The notes: a model not told the origin generated them from the sequence alone. Shown: positions 26,844-41,420, counted from the stretch's first letter. The stretch is DNA of 64,000 nt from Octopus vulgaris (GCA_951406725.2 OX597818.1:23188001-23252000), one strand, 5' to 3'. Translations and numbers: made by a program.

Positions 26844-27646
26844 TATACATATATATGCGTTTGTGCATATTTGTGCACTGATTAAAAACAAATTCAGTGT
26901 CCATACAAAAGATGACATTGTACACAATCTGATGTGGAAATATGTCAGGTCATTGAGCTATTTGTAGCTTGAAAGACTATGGGAAATATTACTAGGCTTG
27001 GGAGCAAATGAGGGTTTGCAACAAGGAGAACACCAAGCAGTAAAAAAACTGTCTCTGCATCTTTTCTTTGATTCCTGTAAGCATGGAAAAAGTGGATGTT
27101 AAAACAATGATCACATTCACAACACAACTAAGATGTGTTTTCCAAATTTAGGAGGTCTGTGTTTGTTCCTATCATGTTGCCATCTGGATGTAAATCATGT
27201 AAGAGTCATATGAACTATATTTTAATTTGATTATAAATATTTATATCTATTTATAAGTGTTGATACAATTAAAAACAGATAATGGGCCCATATTACAATG
27301 AAATCTGTTGTGGCATGTGTTACACTACCTCTCTATTCTGATAGTAACAAATTTCCTTTCTGTATACAAGAAAGATTATATAATTTGTTCTATAATATTT
27401 TATAGCTGTAATCTACATCTATAATTACCTGTATTTTATGAGCCTATAAAAAAAGCCTCTATGATGTAGCTCACCATGTTAGAAATAGCTGCTAAATCTC
27501 CCTCAAATCTTACTTGACTATCTTGGAAACGAATGACATGATGTAGCTGGGTGTGAGTACATGCCAGTGAAAAGGCCCCAAAAGGTCTGAAATGCATCTG
27601 GTGTTCTTGTTGGCTGCTTCTGGAATGAAGTTTCATTATTGATACT

Positions 27647-28015
27647 GGCATGACTGTGTGGATAAGAAGCTTGCTTCCTATGCACATAGTTTCAGGTTCA
27701 ATTTCACTGCATGGTACCTTAGGCAAGTGTCTTCCACTATAGCCCTTAGGCCAACCAATGCCTTGTAAGTGAATATGGTAAGCAGAAACTGTAGAAGCTT
27801 ATCATATGAGTATGTTTCTTTCATATTTATGCCCCACCACAGTTTGACAACCAGTGACAGTTTGTTTATGTCCCCATTACTTAGTAATTTGGCGAAAGAG
27901 GCTGACATAAGTACCAGATTTCAAAATAAGTGCTGGGGTCAATTTGTTTGACTGAAACCTTTAAGGCAGTGCCCCAGCATGGCCACATTCCATTGACTGA
28001 AACAAGATAAGAGAT
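27647..28015 (+). mobile_element. tRNA-derived SINE, near full length
   Basis: GGCATGACTGTGTGGATAAG head, GGTTCAATTTC B-box-like, CCTTAGGCAAGTG core and GTGCCCCAGCATGGCCAC tail shared with the 25505-25862 copy. Confidence 0.75.
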
Positions 28016-30468
28016 ATATTTAAAAAGGAAGGACATGTTGCCCCAGACATAAGCCAGCCTGGCCACAGTTAAATGATTGAAGCCAGTATGAGAATATATA
28101 TATGCACCCCCATCACCACTGCCTGTTTGCTATGAGCTAATGTTACATACTTCAGTATGTAGTGATAATGGGTTGATTGCATAAAAAATGTATAAGCTTA
28201 TTGGACACATCCTAATTTCAGTGGTGCATATTCTACAAAAAGAACACCAGGAACAAAATTAGCTAATGTAGTAGGATGGGGGAACAACTTGTATATAGAC
28301 TGGTGTAATTTTTTGAGACATTTTCATGGTAAGAAATATGTCTCATACGCCTTATTTGCTTTGTCACTAACCACATGACAACAAGAGATAGGAATAAAAG
28401 GTAGCAATATGGAATTTATAATTTATCATCATCATTTTAACATCCATTTCCATGCTAGCATGAGTTGGATGGTTTAATAGGAACCAACGTGTCCAAGGAC
28501 TGCATCAAACTCCAATGTCTACTTCAGCCTGGTTTTTATGGCTAGATGCCCTTCCTAATGGCAACCACTTTTCATCATGGACTGGGTGGGGTTTTTTTTT
28601 GGGGGGGGGGGTGCTACATGCACTATGCAGTTTTCAGGAATATGATCCCTTGGATAGGAGGAGGGTCAGCTTCATGCTAGGGGACGAGGGGAATTCTATG
28701 AAAGAGTGGGGCAAAGCAGGTTCTTGCTGAAGGCTATGCATGGTGACATGCATCTAGTATGGTGAGTGAGGAAAAGAGAAAATGATGCATAATCTTAATC
28801 TATGCAGTTAGGTTGTCAGTTTCATGGATAAAACTGATTACAAAATATAAAACTCTGGACTTTATATTAATTAATATATATAAACCAACCCTGTGAGTAG
28901 TTTCGGTAGATGAAGACTGAAAGAAGACCATCATGTTTGTGTGTGCATACATGTGCATTTACAATTAATGAATCCTATTATATCATAGTTTATTTACCTA
29001 TATTCTTCATTATTTAATGAATGGTTTATTTATATTAGGGAGTAAAATACTTTTGAAATGTAATATCTTGATTTTAAAATTTTGAGAATATTTTTCCATG
29101 GATTCACTCCTCAGTTAGATCTTTACTAAAGGAAAGTTGAAAGTGAATTATTACTTATCTAAGATAAACACTTAGACTATTAGTGGAATTTGCTTCACTA
29201 TTCTTGGGGTTCTTTTTTTATGTAGTCAATGCTCATTATGTTTAATATGATTCATGGAGCCATTAACTACTATTTTATGTTTTAGGACAAAGACCTAACT
29301 GGTTTTCAAATAAGAACTAATATGTATGTATATATATATATATGTGTGTTTTAATTACAATGCATTCACTGCTGTTCATAAATACCTTAACATAGCTGTG
29401 TGGCTATATATATGTAGATATACATGTGTGCTTCCCTTCCTCTGTCACATACACAGGAAAAGTTGTTAACACAATTATCAACAAAAGCAAAGCTTATAAA
29501 TATGTACAGGTGTTTCAAATTAAGTTTAATTACCAATAAACATCAGCTTGGATGACATTTTATTCAACCGAGTAAAATATGTAAAATGTGGCCCAGACCA
29601 TAATTTCCAGCATGTACATCAGACTTCAAAAAGTAGTTAACTATTTAAGCTTTAGTAAAATTATACAGAAAAAGTAAGCATTATACTGTCCAGCATAAAT
29701 AAAAGTCAACTTCCAGTACGAATATTTACATTTTGTATGTCTTTTTTCAACAACAAAAAATTCTTAAAAAATTCTGGAAATGTAATTTATGCACCCACTA
29801 ATTTTTTTTTTTTTTTTTTGCGAAAAGAAGTGTGTAAATTACATGGGTTTTTACGGTAATTGAAGTGTACATTAGTGTCATATATAAAATATACAAAGAC
29901 AATAATGGCTGACAGTTGAAAATGGGAAAACAGGAGATTGGCATGCTAATTTCACTTTGACATAGTGGATTGAATTACTTTGTATAGAAATTATGTAATA
30001 TTCTGTGGTGTGTGAATATATTATAAATTTTATTAACATCACAGTTTGAGTAACCCAATATAGTATTTTGTCTTGTAAGTTTTCAAAGTGTATGTCAATC
30101 AAAAAAAGAAAAGCATATCATAGAGTGAAATGCACTCAAAGCTTCAAATCAATGAAATGTTGAAACAATGCATGACAGATATTCAGGAAATTTTTTTCTT
30201 GCATATGCTAGAAATTATGTAGTCAGAAAGTGTTGGACTTTTAGGCAGCTGGAATAGAATGATATAGGGAGTCATCTAGAAAGCTAGTTTAAATCAGAAG
30301 ACTCAAATGAGACAAGATTGTGATTCATTACATTTTTATTTTATAACTTAAGACTATAAGATTAGAATTATTACAAATATTAATAAACAGTTTCATCTGA
30401 TTATATTGTTGGCAATTAAGCCTGTACAATTTAATATAATTTTTATTTTTTATAATTTCAGACATAAT

Positions 30469-30825
30469 ATGGCTTCTCCACCACGTTTTGCATATCTTGA
30501 TTTGGAGAATAGCCAAAATCAAAACAATACCAACACCAAGGCTAAATCCAACAATGAAATACCTGCTGGTGCCAGCAGCTTTATGGAGGTTCTTACCCCA
30601 ACTACATTTTCTTTGGCTCTGGAAAGCAATGCTGGAATTGACTGCTTTGGGAATGAGCGCCATGCCTTGGCCAACCAAGCCAAATTTTTTAATAACCAGC
30701 TTTTAAGTGATATCACATTGGTAGTTGTGAAGAAAAAATATTTCTGTCACAAATTGATTCTTGTGAAATCAAGTGATGTGTTTGAACGTATGTTTAGTTC
30801 TGATTGGGATAAATCCCAACGGAAG
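30469..30825 (+). CDS. BTBD17: BTB/POZ-BACK domain protein (BTBD17 family), coding exon 1 (119 aa)
   Basis: Acceptor TTTCAG ending 30461, ATG at 30469, BTB start FFNNQLLSDITLVV..YFCHKLILVKSSDVFERMF..DW, phase-0 donor AAG|GTAAGT at 30826. Confidence 0.92.
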
Positions 30826-31445
30826 GTAAGTCTTTTTTTTTATTTACAGTTCAGGATCTTTATGTTAAAATGAAAATGTTGTTAATCCACTGGATTGTTA
30901 TAGTAACACTGAATTTTTTTTTTTTTTAATTCAATCTCAATGTGAAATATTTTATGTGATAAGAAAATTCTTCTGTAAACTATTGACTGTAGCCCCAACC
31001 AGGAATTGAAACTGGTTTTTTGTTTCTTCTCTCCAATAACTTATCATCATTCTGAACTGTCTCTTAAGTTTTAAATAATATAAATATTCAGGAATGTTGA
31101 TTTTTCAGAGAGTGTTCATCTTTTGGTGATTAACAAGAGAAAAGAATGTGGCAACAACTTTAATTTTAGAAACTGTTTTGGAATTCTTTCAGTTATCATC
31201 TGTGAAAACATAGGAGAAAAACTTAAATCAGTGTCCTCACTTGAAATATAATTCATCTCTTGTTGTGATTCATTGATGGATACACTGGAGTAATTTACTG
31301 TTGTATCCTTCTGAACCATGGTAGGAATTGAGCCCTACATGCTAAGATTGGATAGCCTGCAAAGATCATAAGAACTGTCTTCATCCCTCCTCTGACTAGT
31401 AATATATGTAACAAATTACTCAAGTATTGTGTAACAAAATACTAC

Positions 31446-31651
31446 ACAGGGTAAGCCAAAAGTCATGCACAACATGCTCTGAAATTGTCAAAGGCATGCT
31501 TCAATTTTCCTAAAATTGAATAAAATAAATAAAATAATGTCAAATATACATATCTTTGTACATGATGAGCAAAATGAATAATAATAATATTAAAAATGTG
31601 ATATAAACAAAATGTGAAGTGCTTTGGTGCATAACTTTTGGCCTACCCTGT
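31446..31651. mobile_element. Tc1/mariner-type MITE (~205 bp) in BTB gene intron
   Basis: 25-bp TIRs ACAGGGTAAGCCAAAAGTCATGCAC / GTGCATAACTTTTGGCCTACCCTGT with 2 mismatches; AT-rich non-coding interior. Confidence 0.75.
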
Positions 31652-33471
31652 TTATCAAAACACTCAAAATCATCAAATACTATGACTTAATTACCTACAA
31701 CTTTTAGTTTACTTCTTGAGGGCACCTATTTGCAATTGTTGTTTAGCCCTTAGTTGGCTCTGATTATGTGAACTTAGGATTAAAGGCATTCCAGCCATGA
31801 CTATCTTGCTTTTCGGTGGGTATATTTTATGCAAGACTTTTTTTTAAAAATGGCACAATGTGATTTGAAGGAGGTTTAGTTCCCATTTCCAGCAGCTTAA
31901 GTGACCATTTCATTGGTTCATTGTGAATTTAGTGTCTCTGCTACAGTGCTGTGACTGTAACAGAAGAGCAAGTGTTGACCTTTCTGCTGACTTGTTAGTA
32001 ATCTAGCTTAATTATTTGGGACCAAGCAAGTATGTGAGCTTTATTTCACCTGTTAAAAATATCCTCAAATTACATCCTACCATTTTCAGAGGTGTGGGAT
32101 TTTGGCTAAAATAGTTCTAGATATGCAGTACTCAAGAGGACAGAGTGCTTATGCATAGAATGCCTTTTATCAAAGATCTGCACCATCCAGACTTACTTAG
32201 ATGTAGATCAATAATCCTTTCCTTCTATTGACTCCAGTACTCAACTGGTACTTACTTCTTCGACCTCAGTGGAATTTGAACTCAGAATGTAAGGATGGAT
32301 GAAATGTCACTAAGCATTTTGCCTAGCATGCTACTGATTCTGCCAGCTTGCTGCCTTATATATGTGGCTCAATAATAACAACTAATTGTGTTATTGCATT
32401 ATTGATTCTGAATTCATTGATCACAGAAGAAGGAAATGCTAAATCACCTTCTGTAATCTATACATTTAATTATAAGCAACTTAAGCAAACTTTAATTTGG
32501 TACAACAGTTTACCATCCTTCAAATCAGCTCCTATTTACACAATCTTTGACACTAAAATAGCCTTGGAATAGCAACATGTCAGTGCTGTCTCACTCCCAA
32601 CTGACCTTAAGGAATATACAGTTCCTGGTTTATCAGTCTGTGTAGAAATGAACGGTTAAGCTTACCATGTTGAGATTTGAGCTCAGAATTGAATATTTAA
32701 GGGATTAGTTTAAAACAGTATTCAATTTCTTTTTCTCCTATCCATTAAGACTGATTTTCTAACTTAATGTTCTACTTGAGGTCATTAGTAAAAGTGGAAG
32801 GAAATGTTCCAAAACTAGGTAATTTTATTTTATCTTCCTATGTGATATTCACTGTTATAATAATTCTCTCTATTGTAAGCTCTAGGCCTAAAAGTACCAG
32901 TTCTCAACTGGTACTTATTTTATCAATCCCAAAAAGACAGAAGGCAAAGTTGACAACATTTGTAAATGGGAAGAAATGCCATTAAACATTTTGTCTATTA
33001 CTGTATTGATTCTGTTGACTCACCACCTCTAATTCTTTCTATTATAAGTACAAAACCTGGAATTTTTGGGCAGGGGAGTCAATTACATCAACCTCTTGTG
33101 CTCAACTGCTACTTATTTTATCAACCCCAAAATATACAAGTCAAATTCAACCTTGGCAGAATTTGTACTCAGAATGTAAGGCTAGAATAACTGCCAATAA
33201 GCTTTTTGTGCAACATGCTAGCAATTCTGCCAATTAGCTGACTTGCTCCCTATTATAATGATAATTACAGCTTTGTCTATTAATTTGACACCTGTACTTT
33301 TCTGGAATGAAAGTCAGAACTAATTTGGGTGAAATCTGAAGTCACAATATATTCCATCATTTCTGAAAATAATGGTAGACCCTTCAAAAAGATTCTATTG
33401 AAAACACATAAACCTTATATATTGGTTGTGCCTTATGAGAAATTTATCATATTTATTTTAATTTTTTGCAG

Positions 33472-34566
33472 GAGATTGAGCTACAAGAGGACAGTATGTG
33501 TGCCACTGTGTTTCCACGCTTTCTTAAATTTCTCTACAGCTGTCACGTGCGTTTGAACATTGGCAATACACTTTCCATGCTAATCCTTTCTGATAAATAT
33601 AATGTAGAAGACCTTCGTAATGTTTGCATAAACTTTGCCTGCACTTGCATTATTCCACGACTACAATTGAAAGATGTTTTCCACATATGGTTCCAGTATG
33701 CGACAAAGTGCTATCACAAAAAATTAGTGCAAGCTTGTGTACAAGCACTGTCTGAAAAAATGGATGATATCATGATGTCAGTTGAGTGGGAACAAGAATG
33801 GCTTACTATTGAAAGAGATCAGCTTATTGAATTCTTGAAGAGTTCTGAGCTGACCATTAAGGATGAATATGAACTCTGGGAGGCTGTACTAAAATGGTTG
33901 CTTTCTACTGAGCATCCTACAAGAGCTGAAAACCTACGCAGTAATGTAAAAACAGTAATTGAACACATTCGTTTCCCAATGATGACTCCTGATCAACTAT
34001 GTCAAGTGGAGAACTGTAAAGTTGTTCTGGAGATGCCTGATATATTTCAGCCATTCTTGATGCAAGCCTACAAATACCATGCCCTCCCTCTAACCAGTAG
34101 AGCCATGATAAAAGAATTCACTTCTGCTAGCTTCTTGCTACGTAATTACACTGATCTTCGTTGGGACAAGCGCGTTGTTATTCAACGCTACACAGAATGC
34201 CAGAAATGTGCTGAGGTTAGTTTCCGATTTGCTACACGTGCTTCCACATTTCCTGCTCAGACGTGGGAGTGGGAGCTGAAGCTTCATCCAAAAGGCTTTT
34301 CTTCAACTTGTGATGACTTTAGGGCTGTTTTGTACTCCAATCTCATTCTTGATCAGCCAAGACCAGTGGAATATTTGCTGTCGTTAGTTGATCGAGAAAA
34401 GATTCTGCACTCAGTAAGTGGTAAGAAAAATTTTTCCAAAACTAGGTATACCACTGACACTGAAATGGACAAAAAGATCTCTCTCAGTGACCTATCCCAG
34501 CCCAACTGTCCTCTCTTGATTGATGATAATCTTGTTCTACAGATTGTTCTTAGGCCAGTTGGATAA
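33472..34566 (+). CDS. BTBD17: BTB/POZ-BACK domain protein (BTBD17 family), coding exon 2 (364 aa + stop); total 483 aa
   Basis: Acceptor TTTTTTGCAG ending 33471, phase 0 matches exon 1; LQEDSMCATVFPRFLKFLY, DKYNVEDL, BACK-type EYELWEAVLKW, IRFPMM, QAYKYHA and LRNY resemble BTBD17; beta-rich (MATH-like) C-terminus. Confidence 0.95.
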   Translation, partial: EIELQEDSMCATVFPRFLKFLYSCHVRLNIGNTLSMLILSDKYNVEDLRNVCINFACTCIIPRLQLKDVFHIWFQYATKCYHKKLVQACVQALSEKMDDIMMSVEWEQEWLTIERDQLIEFLKSSELTIKDEYELWEAVLKWLLSTEHPTRAENLRSNVKTVIEHIRFPMMTPDQLCQVENCKVVLEMPDIFQPFLMQAYKYHALPLTSRAMIKEFTSASFLLRNYTDLRWDKRVVIQRYTECQKCAEVSFRFATRASTFPAQTWEWELKLHPKGFSSTCDDFRAVLYSNLILDQPRPVEYLLSLVDREKILHSVSGKKNFSKTRYTTDTEMDKKISLSDLSQPNCPLLIDDNLVLQIVLRPVG

Positions 34567-37500
34567 ATGTTTGTCTTTTATTGTTGTTTTGTAAACGTCT
34601 AATGTCTACTGTCGTCTAAAGCCACTCACTTGCTTCCCATCAGCTTTACATATTCATGCCTACATATACACAAGCATATACTTATACATATAGGATGATT
34701 GAAATAAGCTCAACAAAACTGTTTCCATTTAAACTATTGTGATTTTTCATTTAAAATCTTTTTTGTTATTTTTGTTTTATTTTTTGTTAAAAGAAAAGAA
34801 AAAATGAAACTGATAAAATGTATTTTCCCTCCTCAGATTATGCTTAGAATAATTTTAGTATATTTTCCTTTTTGTCTTTTTTTAATACTTTGTCCATTTA
34901 ATCATATCTGGATCCTGCTGAAGCCAGTAGCTATTGAAACAATATTGGTAAATGCTTTTGCTATATTAACCAAAGATATATATTTTTTGGATTATGAACA
35001 ATATTTTTTAACATTATATTTCATATCTGAAGTTTTTAGGACTTTTTCTAGTAACAACTCCATTTGTTTTTCTGGGATTGAGTAAACTTGTTGTTTATTA
35101 ATTGTTACACTCACATTATTACTGGTTTTGCAGTTTCTGTGCTATAAGTGTGGCATTTGAAAACAAGATAACACTACTATAGTTTCCATTGACATAAGTA
35201 AAACACCTTAACAGTTACATTTATGAAAAAGGAGAAATTTGCAATAATTTAAGAAATTAAAAAATTTTTATTGTGTCTATTTCACTGATTACATCCATGT
35301 TGTAATATTGACTTCATGTTCATACTTGCACATGCTTTGCATGTAAAATTTCAACAGCCTTTTGTTATGAATTAGAAATTAAATAAAAATTAACTGAATG
35401 GAAATTTGGTATATGTAAAGCATAGTTAAACAGACGTTTAAAATGTGTGCACTAAAATACAAGACCAGGAAAGAATGAGCGTAACAGTTTCAAATTTCAG
35501 TTCAAATTTTGCTAAAGCATAGCTGAAGTCTTGTGCTCTCTTACCTGCATTGTTACAAGTATGAGTATTCTATTAAGGACACATATTAGCGCGAAGTTCA
35601 CAGAAACAGTTTGAAAGGAATTCTGGAAGGTAGCACAGTACCTTTTAGATATTTCAGTTAAATCCAGTACATGCCAACATGTTTAAACATTTATTTTAAA
35701 AGTCTCTTTCTATCATGAAATTTTTGTAGATTCTATCTGAATCAACTTAATGGAAATGTTAACAGATGGAACTTAATAGAAATGTTAACATTATGATGGA
35801 AAGTTTGTTATTAATGTAACATTCCCTTTATGATATTATATTAAGAGTTTTATGAGTTTATTGTTGTAAAACTTAACTGAAACACTATTACATTCCATTC
35901 AATTTCAGTTTACTTTTTTAATAAGATGATAACGAAAAGAATAGAAGTACTTGGTTGAACTTTTACCTGTAACCTTAGTACCTTATTGTTCTAAGTTCAA
36001 AACCAGGCAGGTTTTTTTTTTTACTTTTGGTTTTTCCAGGGTTTATAAAATCAATACCAACAACATAGAAGTGCTGATGCCAAAGAATTTAATATTTATA
36101 AAGTAATCAAAGCTAAAATTTAGTCAAATCAGTATGACTATATTTATAGCTATTATTATGCTCATATTTAAGCAAATAACTAGCTTTTCTTTTCTTCTGA
36201 ACTTTTCTAAATGTTATTAAATATGAAGTGATTTTCCTCATCATGGAATCTGTGATAATATATTTAAATGCTTTACATTTTTTTCTTTAAGAAAGATTTT
36301 TTAAAAATTAAATTGTTCATTAAGATAAATATTGAAATTTAATTTTCTTAATATGCTATCTTTGCCTAAGAATTCTTCTGTGTATATTTGTGATGTTGTT
36401 TAACCACAGTTCAGCTGTAACAGAAGAATAAATATAAGGCAGTATTCATTGGTTTGCAGCCCACTCTCTCATCTTCTTTCCACTCAACAGACTGACAGCA
36501 GTAAAATTAATTCCCTTAGTTTTCATTCACCATACTGAATTCTAAATATTAGACTGAAGAAATAAAAAGTACAACACATTTACCCTTAACACCAACTTAA
36601 GCCCACTAAGCTTAGGTGTCATTAGAAAGTACATGACTGACTATAAACTGGTTTAAAAGACATGTCTCACTCAGCTTGAATAAATGAAACACGCTATCAC
36701 AAACTGATGAGTATGGTTGTCTTATACCAACAGCACAAAATCTTTAAATGTGAGGAAATAATTTGATTTAGCAACAAACAATTATAACAGATTCTATATA
36801 TTAATTACTTTGTATTTTGACAAGAAAATACAAATCCCATACCCACACATGCACACACATTTGACATCTACAAGTGCTAATCTAGGACAGTAAAAGAGAA
36901 CAAGCTCTCCAATGGGATTTGAACCTTGTATCTATTGTATCTTTGAGAAGATGGCAGGTGCTCTTTTATGTGTTGGTAATGTAGTCATCTGGAATATGGT
37001 AGTTGGAAGTTTGACTCCTGTTGAAAGGCCTGTTCACTTTTATGCCTCAGAGTGGTGCTTGTTTGTACCATATGTATTTAAAAGCTTAACTGTACATATA
37101 TAATTATTATAAATGATATATGTACACACACACATTTATTTATTTATTTGGAGTTGTATGTTTTTCACAAGTTTCTTGACCTGAGACTGTGTTGAAACTG
37201 AAATAGTGTGGAAAAATCATGTAATGGAACAATGAAGTAGTTTCTTGTTCAGTTGGAACTTCTTTTATTAAACAGCTATAGAAATTGAATCCACTCCAAC
37301 CATTAATCAATTGCCAGTGAAAAGGCTTTGATGATGTAATTAATTAAAACATTCCATAAACTGAACCTTTACATATTTTTCACTCATTAATAACAATGAA
37401 ACTACAGCTATGACAAAAATAAACCTCTTGTGCATTAATGCTTTATGGAAAATATTTTGAAAACTTCACAGTATTTTGTTAAATGTTTTTCATCTGCATG

Positions 37501-39660
37501 ATTCATCTAGAAAAAGAAAGTAAAATATTAGTCCATATTCTAATTTTGTTTTGTCATTCCAATCAAAAACATTTACAAGCTGTTGATATTATTGTTGCTA
37601 ATCTTGTTAAACAAATTCTTAGTTTTGATATTTTATATTTAAATGTAGACATAATCATTTGTAAGGTAGGTACATGGCTTGGTATCATATGATTTCATAT
37701 ACCGAATGTTATATTATGTATTGAGTATTGACTTTCAATATAATTGGTAAAGCCTTCCAGCTAAGTTGAACGGATAGGATTTTAAACTAGGTACAAGAGT
37801 CAGAAGTTTGTATTATTACTGTAGTAGATCCATTGCAAAGACACAGAGCACTCACTTGCTCTAACTACATAAGCTATAAATAAAAATGATATGTGGTGAC
37901 AGTCACCACTGTGAGTAGTTGAATTACTTATATAACTGGTAAATGTTCCTTTAGTTTGTGGTACTAAAATTAAATCCTCTTATGAGTATAGCTCAGAGAG
38001 ATTTGGGCTTTGACAGGCTCACTTGGGAAAGATATAATGCATGGAGAGGACATCTTATAGTGACTGAATATTCTTTTATTCTTTTACTGGTGTTATTTAT
38101 TGTTTGTGATTATCTGTGCTAACAGCTTTAAGGATTGTAATCAGCCATATCAAGCCCAGTATTTTCTTCAGTCAAGTACTAGCTATCTGATTGAGATCAA
38201 TAAAATAAGTTTTACATTTTTTTTTTCCATTGATGAATGTAATTTGATGTACTGTTTTCAGTTGTACACCATACATGCATGCACACACACACACATAGTT
38301 AGGCTTCTGAAGTTTATATTTACCAAATTTCAGTTTCAAAGCATTGTTCAAAACAAGATATAGAAAACACTTTCCCAAGGAATCACAATGTAATATGAAA
38401 CCCATAGCCATATAGTTGTCAAGTGATTAGATAACCACACAACTATGGCACACTTTTTTTATATTTTGTGAGACCCTGAGGAAGCCAATGATATTGTTAA
38501 TTTCCAATAGATATCTTTTTGTTTCAACTTGATATTTCAGAGATGTTTTTTATAATAATCTAAAAAGAAAATGGTTCTCATAACCATTTTACATTCCCCT
38601 ATGTTGCTTGTCACATTAACTGGGTGAGGCTAGAGTAATACTACAATTGTTTCTAATTTTGTAAATATATTCTTTTACTCTTTGTTCTAAAAATATGTGA
38701 GTTCATTTGTTAGTGAACTCACACACACACACACACACTTTATGTATTATTATTTACATTCAAATAAAGTTTAGCTAACAAATTATTCTTAATGAGGAAA
38801 ATATGTGCTCTTAACTGCAGTCAAGCCAGAATGCCGTTAGTATGCATAGAAAATATATTTTGGTGGGTGAGTTTATTGGTATGACTTTCTGTACTAGAAG
38901 TTATGGACCAGTGGTTTCCATACTAGTTGTTCCTGCTCCCATGAGGATACTGAGATTACTTAAGTGTGGACAGTTGTAAGAAAGCATTAGGTTTATTGTT
39001 GTTTTCAAATTCTTTGTGATTGAGTTACAAAAGTAGTGGAGAGCTGGACTAAATTTTTGTGTTCTAAGTTCAAATCTCAAAAGTTCATTTTTAAAAAACT
39101 TTTACTTTCTCCCATTCAAATATGTGGTCTTGTATCAGTGTAAGAAACTTTTAACTTTTATAATGTTGTATGACCCATTCTTGCGGGTAACTCTAGAAAA
39201 TTAAACTGAGAATAAAGCGTTAAGCCAAGAGAACAGTAGTTCAAAATAATTTAGGGAACACTAGTATTAATTATTTTGACCAAAAGTGTGAGAGAAAAAC
39301 CCCCATTAAATGCTATATTTGTTATTTACAGTATTATACTGTGTAGATTTATACTATAGTTTACAAATATTTAATTTCTTTTTGCCATTATGTTCAGGAA
39401 TACTTCTTTTATAAAAAAAAAAGACAGACTTTGAAGTTATATATTTTCTACCTCTGCTTTTTGAGAGGACCATAAATGTGTGTTACTGTGAATATGTTTG
39501 TCATCAGTTGTATTAGTTTGTAATATTTCTTGTGTGTCTCAATCAGAAGCTCTGTCCATTACATTACCATAGAAAGAAAAAAAAAAGCAACTATACATTT
39601 TTTGTGCATTTTACTCTTGTTATATAAAACTGTTTCCATGGTATCTGTCTTCATTTCATT

Positions 39661-39665
39661 TATTA

Positions 39666-39708
<43 letters not shown>
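39661..39708. repeat. (ATT)n microsatellite
   Basis: Directly visible; many (AT)n, (GT)n, (CAT)n tracts elsewhere (e.g. 16442, 20870, 26285, 41731, 57355). Confidence 0.95.
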
Positions 39709-40229
39709 CTTTACATGAATGAAGAGACAAAAAAGAAAAGGGAAAAAATTATTTTTTAATTTTATTTTTATTGCTTACTATAAAATAATGGGGTGCACAC
39801 ATGAAATTCAAAATGTAAAAGACAATTGTTGAATTAAGGAGCTTAACCAGTTTTATAGGTTTCATATATTTATGTGTTGAGAATTTGGTGATATTTGGTC
39901 AACATTCAAGAAGCTTCCAGAAATATGTAAAGAAAGGTTGATAAGAGGAAAGGACAGTCAAATTAGTACTTCATACATATTAGAATTGTGCCCCCACTAA
40001 TTTAAGTAATAAAATTTAGCAGGTGAAGACAAGAAAATATTTGCTCAATTATATAAGTATAATCTGATCTTTGCAAGGACAGCAACAACTCGGAATATGT
40101 TTCAGTCTTATTTAACCTTGTCAGCTAAACATTGCCTTTTCTGTACTTGTCAGAATAGCAGTAAGGGATTAGTATAAGATTCATTACAAGTGTATTTGTT
40201 CTAAAACTATGAGAAAGAGAGAGAGGAGT

Positions 40230-40990
40230 TCACCTGTAAGCACTATCTGCACATACTGTGATAGTATGATTCATTAGTAGGCCACAAAAAAAAAAAAAAG
40301 AAGAGGCAGACAATTTTGCTAGAAGATCCATAGTCCAAGCATGGTTTTGCTGATGTTGAGTTCAAGAGTTGTAATGTATAAACACTATCTAGTTTGGAAG
40401 AGTGGGTAATTTTCTCTTAAGGGTTGTAGGACTAGTGTCTAACTTGAAGTGCTATAGAGTCTGGGATGTTGTAGCATTACATAGTATGTAGTGTGGTGGG
40501 TAGTTACAGTAAGGTAGTCCTCAGTTGACTATTGCAGAGATAGTAATGGTTTGGTAGAGGTTAGGTTTGGAGTTAAAAGAGAGATCAGAGGTACTTGGAG
40601 GTGTCTGTGTATCAATGAAGGATTTGTGTAAAAGATGGAATAGGTGTAGAAAGCTAGAGAAATATCCAGTTTCTGCAGTGGCAGCATCGATATGGGATGA
40701 GTGAGAACCACAAATAGTTGTGCATATTGAAATCAATGAAGAAAATGTCTTTTGAGAGAACTTAAGTGAGATCAATAGCCTTGTTGCAGGAAAAGATATT
40801 GATAAAAAGTTGTTGGTGGTTCGAAGATTTTGGAGATTGGTAGAGCAAGCAGATGTATTTAGTAAAATCTACATGTGTGAAGATATTGGCTTTCCAAGTA
40901 AAGAATGTGAATTTACTTGCTAGGATGGATAATAGGTAGGAGATGAAAGATTTATGTCCCAAAGAGAAATAGAATGTGTAGCTTGTGGTG
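40230..40990 (-). mobile_element. Decayed CR1/Jockey-like LINE endonuclease fragment
   Basis: Minus strand ICLLYQSPKS (YRSP), IFFIDFNMHNYLW (GDFNxHxxxW), SDLSFNSKPNLY (LDLxLTxxP) in APE order. Confidence 0.6.
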
Positions 40991-41420
40991 AGGTCTAAGT
41001 TGAGTCAGATACCACAAATATCAGAGAAAAGGAGATTTTATCCTGCAGGTTTAGTCATATGGAAATCTAGCAAATTATAAATGATAAACCCCTGCTGAAA
41101 GCCTGGTCTCAATACTTGCAACAGCCTGAACATTCTAAAATCATTATTGATCAGTTGGTGTTAAACTGGGTAGCATTATATGCCTACCACACTCGAAATG
41201 GCTCCAGCCTTTTTGGACTGCAGTTAGACTAAACTGCTTTCAAGGCTTTTAGTTGTGTGTATCAACCCCAATACATTTTCTGGTACTTATTTCTACTACT
41301 CAATTTTTTAATTGAAGTGTATCTTGGTACAAAGGGATCTAACTCAGACTTAATACCAAACAGTAATTTTTGTTTGATATATTCATTTTATTGCCTTTTC
41401 GTGCAATATATATATATATA

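Noticed and set aside
29680-29858. pogo/Tc1-type MITE ending TTACGGTA
   Set aside because: Only one plausible terminus; no matching left TIR found.
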